A stretch of 57,021 bases of DNA, counting the filler, from Basidiobolus ranarum (taxonomy: Eukaryota): assembly GCA_040143965.1 (NCBI GenBank). It is 5 parts of 5 records of this genome, joined end to end, with 100 filler letters (N's around TTAATTAATTAA, not from the genome) between each part and the next. Parts side by side here need not be neighbours in the genome. Positions count along the whole stretch, not along the records: positions 22,874 to 34,199 come from JASJQH010000622.1; positions 34,300 to 45,622 come from JASJQH010000623.1; 3 more parts are not named here. One strand, written 5' to 3'. Positions 24,960 through 37,915 of the stretch are shown here, one piece after another. The position numbers and the translations under genes are program-made. Within the stretch, counting starts at the first letter, position 1, and each line of letters opens with the position of its first letter. Below the pieces are notes generated by a model, which was not told the DNA's origin, made no database searches, and worked only from the letters and a program-made list of their open reading frames with translations.

Positions 24960-25740
24960 ATGTCTGGCTACAACAAGATCTTAATGCTGCCAGCTGTAGA
25001 CATATGTACAAGGATTTGTTACAACCATAATGTAGGCCTGATTTACTTTTCGCAAAACTTTGAACTTGCCAAAACTATGCTTTCAAACTCCCAGAAGGGC
25101 AAATTGTGCAGATTCTTTTTGCAATTCTTGCTTTGGAAATGTTGCTCCATTAGTCTAGCTACAATAAACTCCAATGCTAACTTGTCAGATCTTACTTCTA
25201 AAGCTGTAAACAAGTTTGAATACTCCTCTTGCATATTGCTAACCAGAGTCATAATGACATTTTCTTCTAGTAGAGTTGCACCAATATCTTTAAGATGGTT
25301 TGCCCAAGATCTTGTATTTGCAATCAATGTAAACATGCTTTCAGACTTTTCCATCTTTATATTGAAGAATTGTTGTCTAAAAATATTCTATTAGCCAAAC
25401 TTGTTGCTTCATATTATTCTTCCAATATAGTCCAAGCCTGATGGGAAGTCTTTGCATATTCAATATAATTGAGTTTTGAATCCTTTAAATTTTGCCCAAT
25501 GACATTGAAGGCCTTTGTGTCACCTTTCCAGCATGCTTTCAATAAAGAAGGATCCACAGGTTCCTGTCCAACTCCTGGAACAGCATTACAAAGTTCCCGG
25601 TCATCCAGCATTATTTGCAACTTGAACATCCAAAAATTGTCATTTTCTCCATCCAACTTTCTGCCCTTGAATTAGTAAAAGTGTAAGTGATGGTTTCTGT
25701 CAAGCTGTGATTGCTAGAGCATGGGGCTTGTAGTCTACTG
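24960..25740 (-). mobile_element. Degenerate Ty1/Copia gag fragment
   Basis: DGENDNFWMFKLQIML...DTKAFNVIGQNLKDSKLNYIEYAKTSHQAWTILEE and KMEKSESM...LKDIGATL...VIMTLVSNMQEEY match the Copia gag (UBN2-type) pattern; premature stops. Confidence 0.8.
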
Positions 25741-26174
25741 ATAGATGACAGGCTATTAGCAGGAACTTTGGAAAAATGGCATTACAATCAGCTTGTGAGA
25801 TAATAATATATTGCCCAGGAACAGGGCATTTTGCATTTTGTTGGAAATGCAGAGAACTAACAATGGAAGTGTGTTTGGAACATCTGAGAGAGTAAAATGA
25901 GCTATCTTTGGGGCAATTTTCAAGGTTTCAAAATTTCCAGTATTTACATTGCTAACTCTAAGATAAATCACATATGTGCAAAGTATGTTGTGCAATTTTC
26001 AACTCAGTGATATTTGTCTAAATAATATTAACCTACTTGAGTGTGCCATATAAAATAATTAGGCATACAAAGAGCAAGGTAATATTATGACAAAGTCAAT
26101 ACACATCTAGAGTGGGACCACTGAGTCTGTTTGCTGAGCTTTACCTCAAAGTTTTGGTCACTGCTGAAAGTCAG

Positions 26175-27125
26175 GATACTCCCTAACAAGAGTAAAACAA
26201 CTTGATTTGGATTAGATGCACCCTTTTAGATTGCAAAACCATCAGAGAACCATTGCAGTAGTGCTGACTTGTATTCAGCCAGGGATTTTGATAATGAGAC
26301 AGTGGCTTCTTGATGGTATTTCAATGGTATTCATATATACTACATTATTGATCCTCATATTTTGCATTTGTTATTTAATTTCCAGCAGTTTCAGCAAAAA
26401 ACTAATTTTCAAATAGTAAGTTATTGGGCTTACTGCCATAAGAATTCAAACTACTATGCATGCCTTTAATGAGATATTTTTAGCTTTGTATTCCAGCCAT
26501 AATGCAAAACAAAACATACAAGACTCTTGTTATATTTAGTCTCTACATATGCACATAATTGACTGATCAGACAAAACTCCTCCACATGAATGTGCTTCAG
26601 CAACAAATTAACAGGGGAAAATTGCTTAACATCTGAAATTTTGAATATTACTGATACTTGCAAATAGCTGACTCTTGTTACCATTCATAATGAGAATTGG
26701 CTCTAGATTTTTGGCAAATAGCTGTTAAGAATCAGTCAAAATATCCCTGACTTTCAGTCAACAAATGTCCTGTCACAAGTAAATGCAGCACTTCTTGAAT
26801 AGATAACCCCATGGATAAAACAATAATACTGTGCATCTTGATGTATCTTGCCAAGAAGTCTGTTTTGTAGCTTTCTTAGAAATACTGTCAGAACATTGTG
26901 CAATCAAATTAGTTCAAATTATAGAGGTACTTACTCTGATTCCACAGATTGGGTTTGGTTGCTTTTACAGTGCTCAAATAATGCAAAACCCACAAGCACA
27001 TCAAAAAGCGCCCTTTGTTGGAAGGTTAATATTTTCTGGAGTCTCCTTCACCCATTGCAGTACACCCAGCACCAATTTTGCTGATTCATTGGTAATCTGA
27101 TTAGCACATGGCAATACTGACAATT
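26175..27125 (-). mobile_element. Inverted copy of the CACTA 3' region
   Basis: Reverse complement aligns with ~23900-24850 and ~33090-33985 (e.g. GACTCTTGTTACCATTCA vs TGAATGGTAACAAGAGTC). Confidence 0.75.
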
Positions 27126-30100
27126 TCATGCAAAGCAATGTTTCACCACTGCTTTGTTTAGTGAGAAACCATCCAGAACCATTGCAAACACATGATCATA
27201 CATGTTCTCAAAGAACCCTTGACTTTTAAGATTCTGGTGTTGATAACCATCAGTCATATTGGTAATACAATCATCTTTATGGTGAGTACTTTGGTAATGT
27301 ATCAAGGATCTATATTGGGTGATTTCATCAAAACTCTAAGACAGGGAATCAACAGATTGTAAGCCAAAAATGAATCATACTTACCTGATTCAGTGATTGC
27401 CAGTTGTGTGCCAACAGTACATGAACTCAGATTGTTCACATCACAGGTGAAAGACAAACAACCAATTGGTCATGAAGGTAGTTGAAATACTGAAGGATGA
27501 AAGTCATACAATTGACAAGTGTTTTCCACTTGTACCAGGTCTGTGGCAAGCAACAGTTGCCTATCAACTGTGGTAAAAGTGTAAGAAACCCAACAAACAC
27601 TTAGTTGCTAAGATTGGATTGAATTGTCCACTCCTCAACAATCAAAGCTACTTTCTTTACTGTCAGTTTTATGAGTAGACTAATGCCTGCCAATAACAAA
27701 GAGTCCACAACAAAATCATGATCAGTTTCTTCAGCTTCCATCAGTACTTGAATAACCAAGTCCTACATCTAGAGGTATGTCCTCAAAGTTGTCTGGATTT
27801 ACCAGTTAGATCAAAGTTGCATTTCTATCTACATCTTTCTGGTGGTCTAACTGTGGTAACTTCACCATCTCTTGACTTTCAGCAGTGTTACCAAAATTTT
27901 GAGGTAAAGCACAGATAGTGAACTCAGTAGGCAAAACTAAAGTTGCTTTTGTGCCCTTATTACTGATAATATTCATCAGGCCCTTGCTCAGGAACCATGT
28001 TTGTGAATATTTTTTCTGTGAAGTCTCCAGCTCTCACAGTACAACAATTTGTGACAATAATTGCAGGACTTCTTTAAACATTTATGTTGTGGCATGAGAA
28101 GGATATTGTAGAAGAAAGAAAACCTCCTACAAGGTTGTTATTTTAGCTATATCTTATCAACATTGTTGGCTGATTCTGAGATGGTGTCATGGGTGAGTCA
28201 TCAGGGGATTTGCAAGAGATGTCATTTAAAGGATGATAATTTTAGTTCTTTATAAGCTGTTTCTAAGCAATTTCATTACACCAAGTTTACTACCTGAGTA
28301 TTTCCATGCCATTCAAAAAGCATCACAAATGTACATCAAGATTGGCTCCCAAGCCAAAGCTTGCTGGCACAAAAGGAAAAAAACCAGCAACAAGAGAGAA
28401 CTTAATTCATAAGAAGTTTAGTGATCCACTATCCACTTTGCAAGGCATTAACATGCTGGAAACCAACACAAGTAATGATGAAGCATTATATCAGTCAAGC
28501 AGATGTGTTCCTTTCCCACAATTCTACAAGTGAAGTGATTGTAATCCCCCAATTATATAGTATAACAATAGTTGAGCAAAGTTTAACCAAAACACCATCA
28601 TGACCAACAACTTCCAAACTAGCTACTTTGCCAACTATTCAATGCCCCACCATAGTAAATTTGGATCAAGGTTTTACAACATGGGAATCTTATGCAGAGC
28701 ACCATAATGATTGGTATGCAATCATAAGTAAAAACTACAAAGTTGCTATATCGGCCATGACAAGCAATAATGCCACAATATTGCAGTTGTTGCAGTGTTC
28801 TGAAACAGCTAGTCAACAGTTAGAGAGTGACTTCACAATCATACAAGACCTTCAGAATGCTGTAAATGGGCTAGAGTAACATGCTGCTTCCTCTGTCCAT
28901 TCTCATATGGGATTTTAACATTCTCATACCATATATAAGAATGCCTCCTTGACAATCTAGCAGAGCAGAATGTGTGTTGGACCTCTTGGCCCACAAAACA
29001 ACCCAAAAATTGCTTGGGCACAAGAAGGGAGATATATCATTGGAAAAACAGCAAACCAAACAACCCTGGATGTTAGAGCTGCTGTCACTTGCTCCAAAGA
29101 TGAGTGGTTTAAAATTTGGAAACTATGAGTGATTCAACATTTTGGAAACTGTGCAGAATCCTGCCCAAAATCACCTAGATCTGAGCCAATTGTGGAAAAA
29201 CCAAACCCAGTGTTACTCTGAAGGTTCTTGACTTATCCTGGGTTTTTTCAAGCAAATGGCAATTGGGCTAGTATACACCTGTTCATGAAACATCTCATTA
29301 ATGTGCAAAATTAGCAACTTGGAAAGGAAAGAAAAGTAGCTAAAGAAGTACTCAAGGAGCAGCAAGTGAGAAAATGCTAGGGAGAAGCAAAGGAGCCAGT
29401 GAATTTGGGCTCTACTGTCCTATTTACCAAATTCGTCATAACATTGCAAAGATCTGTATTTCCAGAGTCAGAAATACTGCAAAAAGGCCCAATTTTACCA
29501 TGAAACCAGGTACACCAGTTGGAAGAGAGCAAAATTTGGAACATACTTCAATACCGGGCACCTTTCATCAAGCTAAAACACCAGCCAATGAAGCTCAGAG
29601 CTCTCCAATCTCAACTGGTACTTTTCAAAGTACAGAAAATAGCCCCAAACTTAAAGGCAAGTAGAAAGCCACACAAACATCACAAAGCACCCACCAGAAT
29701 ATCACACTACAAGGATGTATAGAGGTATTAAAAGTGCCTGAGGAGTATTTTCATAAGTATAAGGGAAAAATATAGTTCAAGTATGCAGAAAGTGGCATCA
29801 GTAGAATAACATTCAACTAGATATTCAGTCTGGTGTTGACTGTGCAGATATCTGGGAAAAACTTAATTCAGAGTGGCACAATATTGCAGGGTATCTGCCA
29901 GATAGCTGGAGAAATGAAATGCAACTTTCGTTGAACCTGCAGGTCCAGACAACTTTGAGGACATGCTGCTAAATGTTGACCTTTGTTATTCCTGTACTGA
30001 AGGTAATCTATCAGAAGTGGAAGAAGAAGACAATGGTTTAGTTACAGACTCTTTGTCATGATGGTAAGAAAATGGTCAATCCAAAATGGATAAACATTGT

Positions 30101-30329
30101 GATGGTTTTACTGCAACATTAAGCCTCAAATTTCTGTTAGGGTGGATCTAATCAGGATCAATTCACTATTAATTTTGTTGGGTTAATATTTACTCTTAAA
30201 GGGTGCAGGATTGCATCAACCTAATCAATAGTGGTTTTTAATGGAATCAACAGATTTTACCAGCACATATAAGCTGGTGTATGTTATGCTCAAAGTCAGA
30301 ATATATACTGGTGGTATCTATTTAAAGAC

Positions 30330-30880
30330 CATGATGGTATCACCCTAATACAGGTTGATGATACTTTTCAGTAACCAATATCAAACCACTAATGCAATCT
30401 TAGACATGTTGATGGGTTCCACTAAATGGAAATCTGCATTCAGTACTTTTTTAAAGGATGATTTGGTTATGCAATTTCCTTGGCACTTGGTTATTTTGGT
30501 GCAAATAAATACAGCATGTGCAGTCCTGGTTGGCCAGTAATTCTCACTAATTTAAATTTTCCACCAAATGAGTGCTACAAGGGTCATGATATCTTGGTGC
30601 ACTTAATGAAATCTTGCTGAAAATTGCTTGGCATTTTCAGTGGCTTGGTACAGCCATGGAAAGAAGCATTCAGACAACTTTGCTGTAGGGAGAGTATAAA
30701 TGGTCAGGTGGGCAGAGAGGATATATTTGTCTGTAGTGGTAAAATTCTAGTACCGAGTAAATTGGGGTGATTTCAAGTGCATAATGCAGAGTCCTGCTGC
30801 CAGTTCTATCAGATTTAAGGAGTGAAATCAGCTAACAACTTGATTTTTGGTTGTCCAAAATCAACTAAAACAATGTTACT
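30330..30880 (+). mobile_element. Degenerate CACTA Tnp2 transposase, N-terminal catalytic region
   Basis: Remnant WPVILTNLNFPPNECYK and HNAESCCQF motifs typical of Transposase_21-type proteins; many stops. Confidence 0.55.
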
Positions 30881-30890
30881 ATGAAGAATG

Positions 30891-31220
30891 TGTTGACATT
30901 AGCAATAGCCAGACACCTATATAGTTATATACAGCTTAGGATTTTGTAATTGTATACTACACTAAGTTATCACAGATTACTCTCAACCACAATTTGCTTT
31001 GAATATCATTACCAACTTATAAGTTCTCAGATATTTAGATTTTTCAAACTTATACTCGCAGCTGCAACTTTGTGCATATATTTGTTGGACCTTCCTTAAG
31101 ACACTCTATATGTTAGTTGACTTACATCTTGACAAAAGTAGTAATGTCAATTTTACTCAACAAATCTGCAGGTGAAAACCACCAACTGATTTAATTCCTC
31201 AAGCCATTTCCAATCAAATT
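30891..31220 (+). mobile_element. Diverged Copia-type solo LTR inserted in CACTA remnant
   Basis: TGTTGACATTAGCAATAGCCAGACACCTATATAG start and GTGAAAACCACCAA block match the LTR family. Confidence 0.65.
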
Positions 31221-31340
31221 GTTTGTTATGGTATTATTACCAATAATAATAACTTTGACTTTAGAGCAATTAGGCCAATACGTGAATGGGACTTTGCTGG
31301 ATGGATCCCAATTCAATAAATTAGTATGTGATGTTATTCA

Positions 31341-31686
31341 TATTAAGGTATTTGGGAGACTGTTTGAAGTGGTTTGGACAACTAGAGATATTGGTGGCTG
31401 TCATGCATTGGTTTATTGAGTATATAGTTGACAAATATATCTTTGTCAAGAAGTAAGTAAACTAGTAAGGAGAATGTGTTATGAGAGGCCACAGGAGCAT
31501 TTGTGCAAAGTTTGAGCTTGTAGCACAGGTTTAACAACTTCTATATCCCAGAACTTTCAAGTTTGTAAATACTCTAAGCAAACTCTGATTTAAAATGTTA
31601 AAATTAGGTAAATTGCAACTCATGATTTAGTAGTTGGTTTATTCATATTCTGGTTATTTGGCACTCAATTCTGCTATTCCAAAACG
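31341..31686 (-). mobile_element. Diverged Copia-type LTR, opposite orientation (tail-to-tail with the previous one)
   Basis: GTATTTGGGAGACTGTTTGAAGTGGTTTGG...TTTGTCAAG...GTGCAAAGTTTG matches 46068-46387. Confidence 0.65.
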
Positions 31687-31989
31687 TGTATTTATACTCT
31701 AATTGATAGAAATATCAGTTAGATCACTTTTACCAATTTTTAATAATTTCTCAAAACTTCTCCAAAGTACCTGAAATTTTCACCCATGCTTAACAGGCAT
31801 GCTTGTTACAATCTAAGAACATACAATAGTCCTATTTCATAGTAACCTATAAACAGAACATAGTCAATTCAATATAAACTAAGTGTCTAACTCCCAAATC
31901 CAAATTTTGTCCAAAACACTTTCAACAAGCTCACTTGGTTCAGATGGGTAAATATTTTTTTTAAGCACATATCATTATATGTATTGGTA

Positions 31990-33985
31990 ACACTCCTGCC
32001 ATCAGTAAACTTGAAGGTTTTTGCAGGTGCAATGCACTATCTTGCTGTAGATTTTGTCAAATTAATGGTGTTTGCCCTACCATGCATATGCATAACTACC
32101 ATCCAATTATAACACTAAACTACTTGATTCAACCATCAAGACCCCAGTCAGATTTCAGCACACTCACTAATATGAATTCACCAAATAGTCAGTCTAACAT
32201 CAAACTTGGTATAAGCCATAAGCCTAAGACTATATTGCTAAAGGGGAGCAGCTGTAGCCAGAGAATTCCATTAAACACTATGCACTTACTATTCATCAAC
32301 ATTCCATTACTACTTACTTAGCAATATAGTGGAAAATCAATACAATTGAGCCATTTGAGAAAAGATCAAAGTTTGAATTGATTGGGAAAATGCTTGAACA
32401 CATCAAGAAACCATCATATTTTACCCAGACTTCCATCAATATTGACTCATCAAGGGGTTTATTCAAATGCAAAGTCTGGAAGTATTGGATTTATGTATAT
32501 TCAAGTGGATTCTTGTAAGATTTTTGCCTGATAAGTATTGGCAACATTGGGAGTTGTTTGTGGATATTGTTATAATATTCTTATGCCATTAACACATTGT
32601 GGCAGATTGCAGGCAAATACAGCTACTGTACAAAATATTTTGTAATTGCATGTGAAAATTTATTACATGTTTAACCAAGATTCACCAAAGCTATGCTGTT
32701 ATTCAATACTTTCCCTGCTACATCTTTCATAATGCTTAGAGATTATTGGAACTAGCTATACATTCTGAAAGTTCCCAATGGAGTGCATGTGCAGTGAATT
32801 GATGCTCTGTGTAACATTATCAGTATTACCATATGCTACACTAGAAATTGTCAGTATTACCATATGCTAATCTGCCTAACTGTGGACTTAGTCCATTGAG
32901 CCAGGATTTATCCAACCTTGGATCAATATATCAGAGTAAATGTGATTGAAATTTATCATGCCAGAGGTTGATGGATAGTGCCAAATTGTGCTGCCCAAAT
33001 TTTAGAAAGATTTATCCATTATAATATATACAGCACAATGTGGCACTATCACAGAGAACAAGTTGCATGTATTAGCATAAACAGTGATGGATGTAATGCA
33101 ATGGTTTAACAACACTCTGGAGTATATTGACCTTCCAGAAAAGGACTCTTTTGAATATATTTACAGGTTTTTGCATTAATTGAGCACAATGACAGCAACA
33201 AAACCCACTCAATGGACACAGAGTAAATATCTCTATAATCAGACTAATTTGCTTTTGTGATAATCTGATGGTATTTTTAGGAAAACTGCAAGATGGACTC
33301 CTTGGTGAGATAGATCAAGATATGCAGTATTTTAGTTTTGGCCATGGGGTAATCTGTTCCAGCAATGACACATCTACTTGTGGAAGGACATTTGTTGACT
33401 GCAAGTTTGGGATATATTGGCTGAATTCTTTATGGAAATTTGCCAAAATCCAATAGCTTATTCTCATTGTGAATGGTAACAAGAGTCAGCTATTTGCCAG
33501 GTGTAGTGCTATTCTAAATTTCAGATGTTTAGCCATTTTTCCACCAACAGTTTGCTGGTAAAGCATATTGATGTTGTTCAGTTATGTCTAATCAGTCAAG
33601 TTTGTGTATATATAGAGACTAAACACAACAAGCTTCTTGTATTTTTTGATTTTCATTATTGCTGGAATACAAAGCCTAAAATATCTAAATAAAGGCATGC
33701 ATATCAGTTTGAATTCCTATAGCAGTAAACCAAGTAATATGCTATAAGAAAATTAGATATTTGCAAACAACTTTGAAATTTTGATAACATATGCTAAATA
33801 TGCAGATCAATTTTATGCCATGTATGAATATCATCAAAATACCATCAAGAAACCGCTGTCACACCAACAAATACCCGGCAGAATACAAGCCACCAATATT
33901 GTGATGGTTCTCTGACAGTTTTGCTCTTTTGGAGGGTGGATCCAATCCAGATTACATCATTTTGATTTTTGTTAGGGTATTGTGA
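31990..33985 (+). mobile_element. Another degenerate CACTA transposase copy with 3' flank
   Basis: LSCCRFCQING...HNY motif then colinear homology with 22874-24850 from ~32164; ~200-bp insertion near 32880. Confidence 0.7.
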
Positions 33986-34199
33986 CATTTTGATCAGACT
34001 TCTTACACTTGCCAGCAGACTTCTCTCCATCCCTGTTCTCCAACCTTGTAACCCCCCAAGGTCAGCATCCCTCTTATTCCCCATCTTTCCCAAGTTTCCC
34101 TGCTAAGGCAAAGGTACCTTCCACCTTTGGATAATTGCTCTAAGTGCATCCTTGTCAAGCCACTACTGGTTGAGTGTACAGTAGTTTTTGATCAAAGAA

Positions 34200-34299
34200 N
34201 NNNNNNNNNNNNNNNNNNNNNNNNNNNNNNNNNNNNNNNNNNNTTAATTAATTAANNNNNNNNNNNNNNNNNNNNNNNNNNNNNNNNNNNNNNNNNNNN
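34200..34299. other. Artificial contig-joining spacer
   Basis: N44-TTAATTAATTAA-N44. Confidence 0.98.
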
Positions 34300-36326
34300 G
34301 TTCGTTGCTTTTATGTTTGCACACATCTCTTCAGAGGAAAGGATTAAATGAAAGGATCAAGAAGAAGGACCAAATAACATTTCTACATAATAGTGGATTC
34401 TATGGATGGAACATACCTCATTGTTGATAATGCCGCGATTTCTATCTCATATTTAGGGTCGGTTTTCTCTACGCTCTTACCACCAGTGGCCATTTGTTTA
34501 CGATGCTTGGTCCACTCGCTTAGGACATTTCTTAAGGATCTCCACACTCGAGGTTGATGTCTCCATAGTGAATAAACTCCACGAATTCCTACGGCATATA
34601 GAGTGTTATAGCCAGCGATGCCTTTCTGAACAATAGTCATGGAGACTTGCAGAACTTTAGAAATCACAAATGGATCTCCAGACTGGACCAGACTAGGGAA
34701 ACAGTAGTGAATGATGTGGGCCTCCACTTTGGCATATTTCTGATTTCTCAAGACATAAAGTAAGATCGGGAGCACTCCAAGGGTACCGAGCTTGGGCATA
34801 TGTGTTGTGACCAATGCTGAAAGGCTTTTGATGCGCGTACTCTGATCTGGGTGGAAAAAGAAAGGAATGACGTAAAATGCGCTAATATTTGGCAGGTTGA
34901 GGGCCTCGGTGTTGTTTGTAGTGATGAGTAAATTCTCCACAGTTGGTTTTGTGTATAACAAAGAGAGTTCAGTGGTGATGGCATTGAGATAAGCCATAAT
35001 TCCTCTGATATGAAGCTTTTGAGCCAAATGTTTGCATTTTTGTATCTCTCGGATAACTTCTTCGGGATCAGTGTTGGTAGTGCGATCAAATGTTTCGATA
35101 CTTTGAAGCAATTGAACAGCCTTATCTTTTAATGCATCGAGAGCCCCCTCGGTGACCACTTGGATAAGAGGAAACCTAGCGGTGTTGCAAGCAAAAGGAA
35201 CTCGAACTAACTTGCTGCTGGGGCTTTCGAGTAACATGGCGAGCATGTTAATCAAAATCTCTTGGTGATCGGAGGAGGGAGCATCAAGGAGTAAGTAACT
35301 TACAACGGGGAATAGAATATTAAAATAGCTTGACATTCGTGTGAGCAAAATATTATCTTGTTTCAGCAATTGATGAAGTTGTCCAAGCAAAGATAGAGTA
35401 GACAAACCATCGTAACCCATATTACAAATAGTAGCGAATGTTTCCACCACGAAGTCAATTCCCAAGATTTGAAAAGCCAAATTTTGTTGATTTCCAATTT
35501 CTTCCAACAATAACTGAACGAATGAATCGGTAATGAGATAACGTAAGTTATCCAGATGCTTTTTGGGTGTAGGAATTCTACGAAGGATATCCACCAAGTA
35601 TTGAAGGATATAACCACGTTCAATTTCAGTATCCAAACGATAGGTTCTAATGAGCATATTTATGAGGGATACTCTCCAACTTTCAAAGCTAGAATTCTCA
35701 CTCAATAATACATAATCCATAAAAGGTTGAATCAGTTCAAACGCTGCTTGCAATTTTCTACGACGTTCACCTAGAGTTCCTGGATAGGATTCCTTTTGAA
35801 GTATACCTTTTACTCCTGAAAGTATAGAATCCCAAGTTTCACCTTTAGTACTTGCTACCACAATCAGTGGGTGCATTTTACCTCTAGTAGAGGTTACGGT
35901 AAATGGAGACGAAGGTAAATTCTTGGGTGAGTTAAGTTTTTCACTTTCCACGTAAAACAGAAAAAGTTCAAATAAAGCCTTGACCGCGTTATCAAGTTGA
36001 ATTTTCGACATAGTATTCAAAGCTCCTACAAAACCGTTGACTGTATCGAACCAACCAAGGATCCCTTTTTTAGTTAACAAAATTAGGGAAGAAGTGGCAG
36101 CTGACGTAGTAATGGCTGAGGCTTTAGAAGAGGCGACACTTTCCCATAATAAGGAGACGGCTTGTTGGGTTTTTTGTTCTACTAAAGTGCTAGAAGTTGG
36201 GTTGAAACGATTGGGTGAAGTTTGTCGAGTACCTAAACATAATTCCAGTAACTTTCGAATAGTTTGGATTTGTACTCCCCTATGTGGTGAGTATAATCTC
36301 CGTTGATACTCCAATTTGAAGTCCAT
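34300..36326 (-). CDS. Focadhesin/RST1-like (DUF3730) ARM/HEAT protein, 5' portion (3' truncated at contig edge)
   Basis: Long Leu-rich helical exon; VLPILLYVL...FPSL...AVGIRGVYSLWRHQPRVW..L...EIEIAALSTMR followed by GTATGT donor resembles the focadhesin DUF3730 region. Confidence 0.6.
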
Positions 36327-36564
36327 AAGTGGTGAGTATTAGAAGCGGTGATTTATCCAAGACGATTCAATTCTATGATAAACTTCCATTGATGATACAC
36401 CAACACGTAAAATATAATTGAGGGGCATGAATTCCATCTCCCTCAATTGAGTTAAATTTAATCAAGTTGAAACTTACGTGAGTTAAAAGGAAAAATAATT
36501 TGCAAAATTTATTGTTAATGTACCAAGTGTTTACAATATTGTGGATGATAGGTGAAAATAAAGC

Positions 36565-37524
36565 TCAAATCTTCTTGGGAAGTGAAGTTACTACTTCCCA
36601 TTGAGAATCCAGAATCAGAAATCTGTACCATAAAAACCAAATGAAGATGGTAGCCGCGTGCCATAGAGAATGAGCATCAAATACCTCCATGATTGGAGGA
36701 AAATCGAATAACTCAAGAGACATAGCAATGGTAACAAACAAACCGCACTTTAGTGGCTCCCAACGGTATGGATGGTCTGGATTAGTGACCGACCAATACC
36801 CCCAGGCCAGATTATGTAAGATACCAACAAATACGTTAGCCCACATATTATAATCATAGTCGAATTTGAAGAACGACAGATATGAAATATGAAGAAAATA
36901 TGGAATCAACAATAAGATTCCAAGTTGAAGTTGTTTCTTCAATGAACGTACGTAATTAATCCTCAACAATGCTAAATACAGTCCATACATGACTGTCAGG
37001 GCTGCCGAAAAGTAATCGAATTTCTCGGTGACCGAATTATCTCTGGTATGGAATACAGCGGACCATAACCAGGTATTCATACCGACTATCACGAAAGCAT
37101 AATAGAATTTCTTTAGGAAATAGTCTCCTGGTACCTCGGTTTTGATTAACTTCCAGTGTCGCCAGTGAGCCCAACCATTTAATATGCTAAAAGTGACGCT
37201 GGCTGGCTCCTGCATGCCCAAAGCCCGGACAAACGGCCACTTTCCGTAATATTGTACCACGGTATCACCCGCTTCTCTAGTTTTTTCAGTTATATCGCGC
37301 ATACATGTATATTTACAGTTACTTTCACAACTCCAAAACGTCAATCTTAACGCAAGTGGAAGGGTTGGTGGCGACAAACAAGTGGTATTGTTGCATTCCT
37401 CAAGACAGGTGACAAATTGTGGCTCTGTATCGCCGCCCCCTTTGGCTGACACCAGAGCCAGTAACAACAAAAGTCCAAGTAACACTCGAGCTGAGCAATA
37501 TCTCGTCAATACCGACATCTCCAT
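36565..37524 (-). CDS. PER1: PER1/PGAP3 GPI lipid remodelling protein, intronless
   Basis: WSCESNCKYTCM, QYYGKWPF.R..GMQEPAS..FS..N, WSAVFHTRD...TEKFDYFSA and LELFDFPP...DAHSLWHAAT. Confidence 0.95.
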   Translation of the reverse strand: MEMSVLTRYCSARVLLGLLLLLALVSAKGGGDTEPQFVTCLEECNNTTCLSPPTLPLALRLTFWSCESNCKYTCMRDITEKTREAGDTVVQYYGKWPFVRALGMQEPASVTFSILNGWAHWRHWKLIKTEVPGDYFLKKFYYAFVIVGMNTWLWSAVFHTRDNSVTEKFDYFSAALTVMYGLYLALLRINYVRSLKKQLQLGILLLIPYFLHISYLSFFKFDYDYNMWANVFVGILHNLAWGYWSVTNPDHPYRWEPLKCGLFVTIAMSLELFDFPPIMEVFDAHSLWHAATIFIWFLWYRFLILDSQWEVVTSLPKKI

Positions 37525-37915
37525 CAGAGCAAACGCCCTGAATACCCTTTCATATATATACCCACTATGTGTCTTTTACGATGCTCGCTTCATTCGTAAT
37601 GCATTTACCCGAATCCAATGAAATGGGCCAACTCAAAAATAGGATTAGTAACCAAATGGGCAACATGGTAAAATTTTAGCCAAATTAATTAAACCAACCC
37701 GTTGATCGTCCTCACAATAGGGTTACGTCATGGGCACAAAGGCTAGATGATTATGTGATAGATTGGTTTAAGATCTTTATAAGGTTGTAAATTAAACAGA
37801 GAAAAAATCAAGGTAATAGGGCCGAATAGATACGAGCCAAGCTAAAGAAAGAGAGATTGGTGGTTCGGAGCAAGAAAATAAGGGAAAGTGCGATGGTGAT
37901 GATGGTGTGCAGGAA

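Noticed and set aside
27240-30300. Short ORFs and a possible zinc-knuckle remnant in the middle of contig 3
   Set aside because: Stop-riddled and CpG-depleted; probably transposon debris but no family can be assigned confidently
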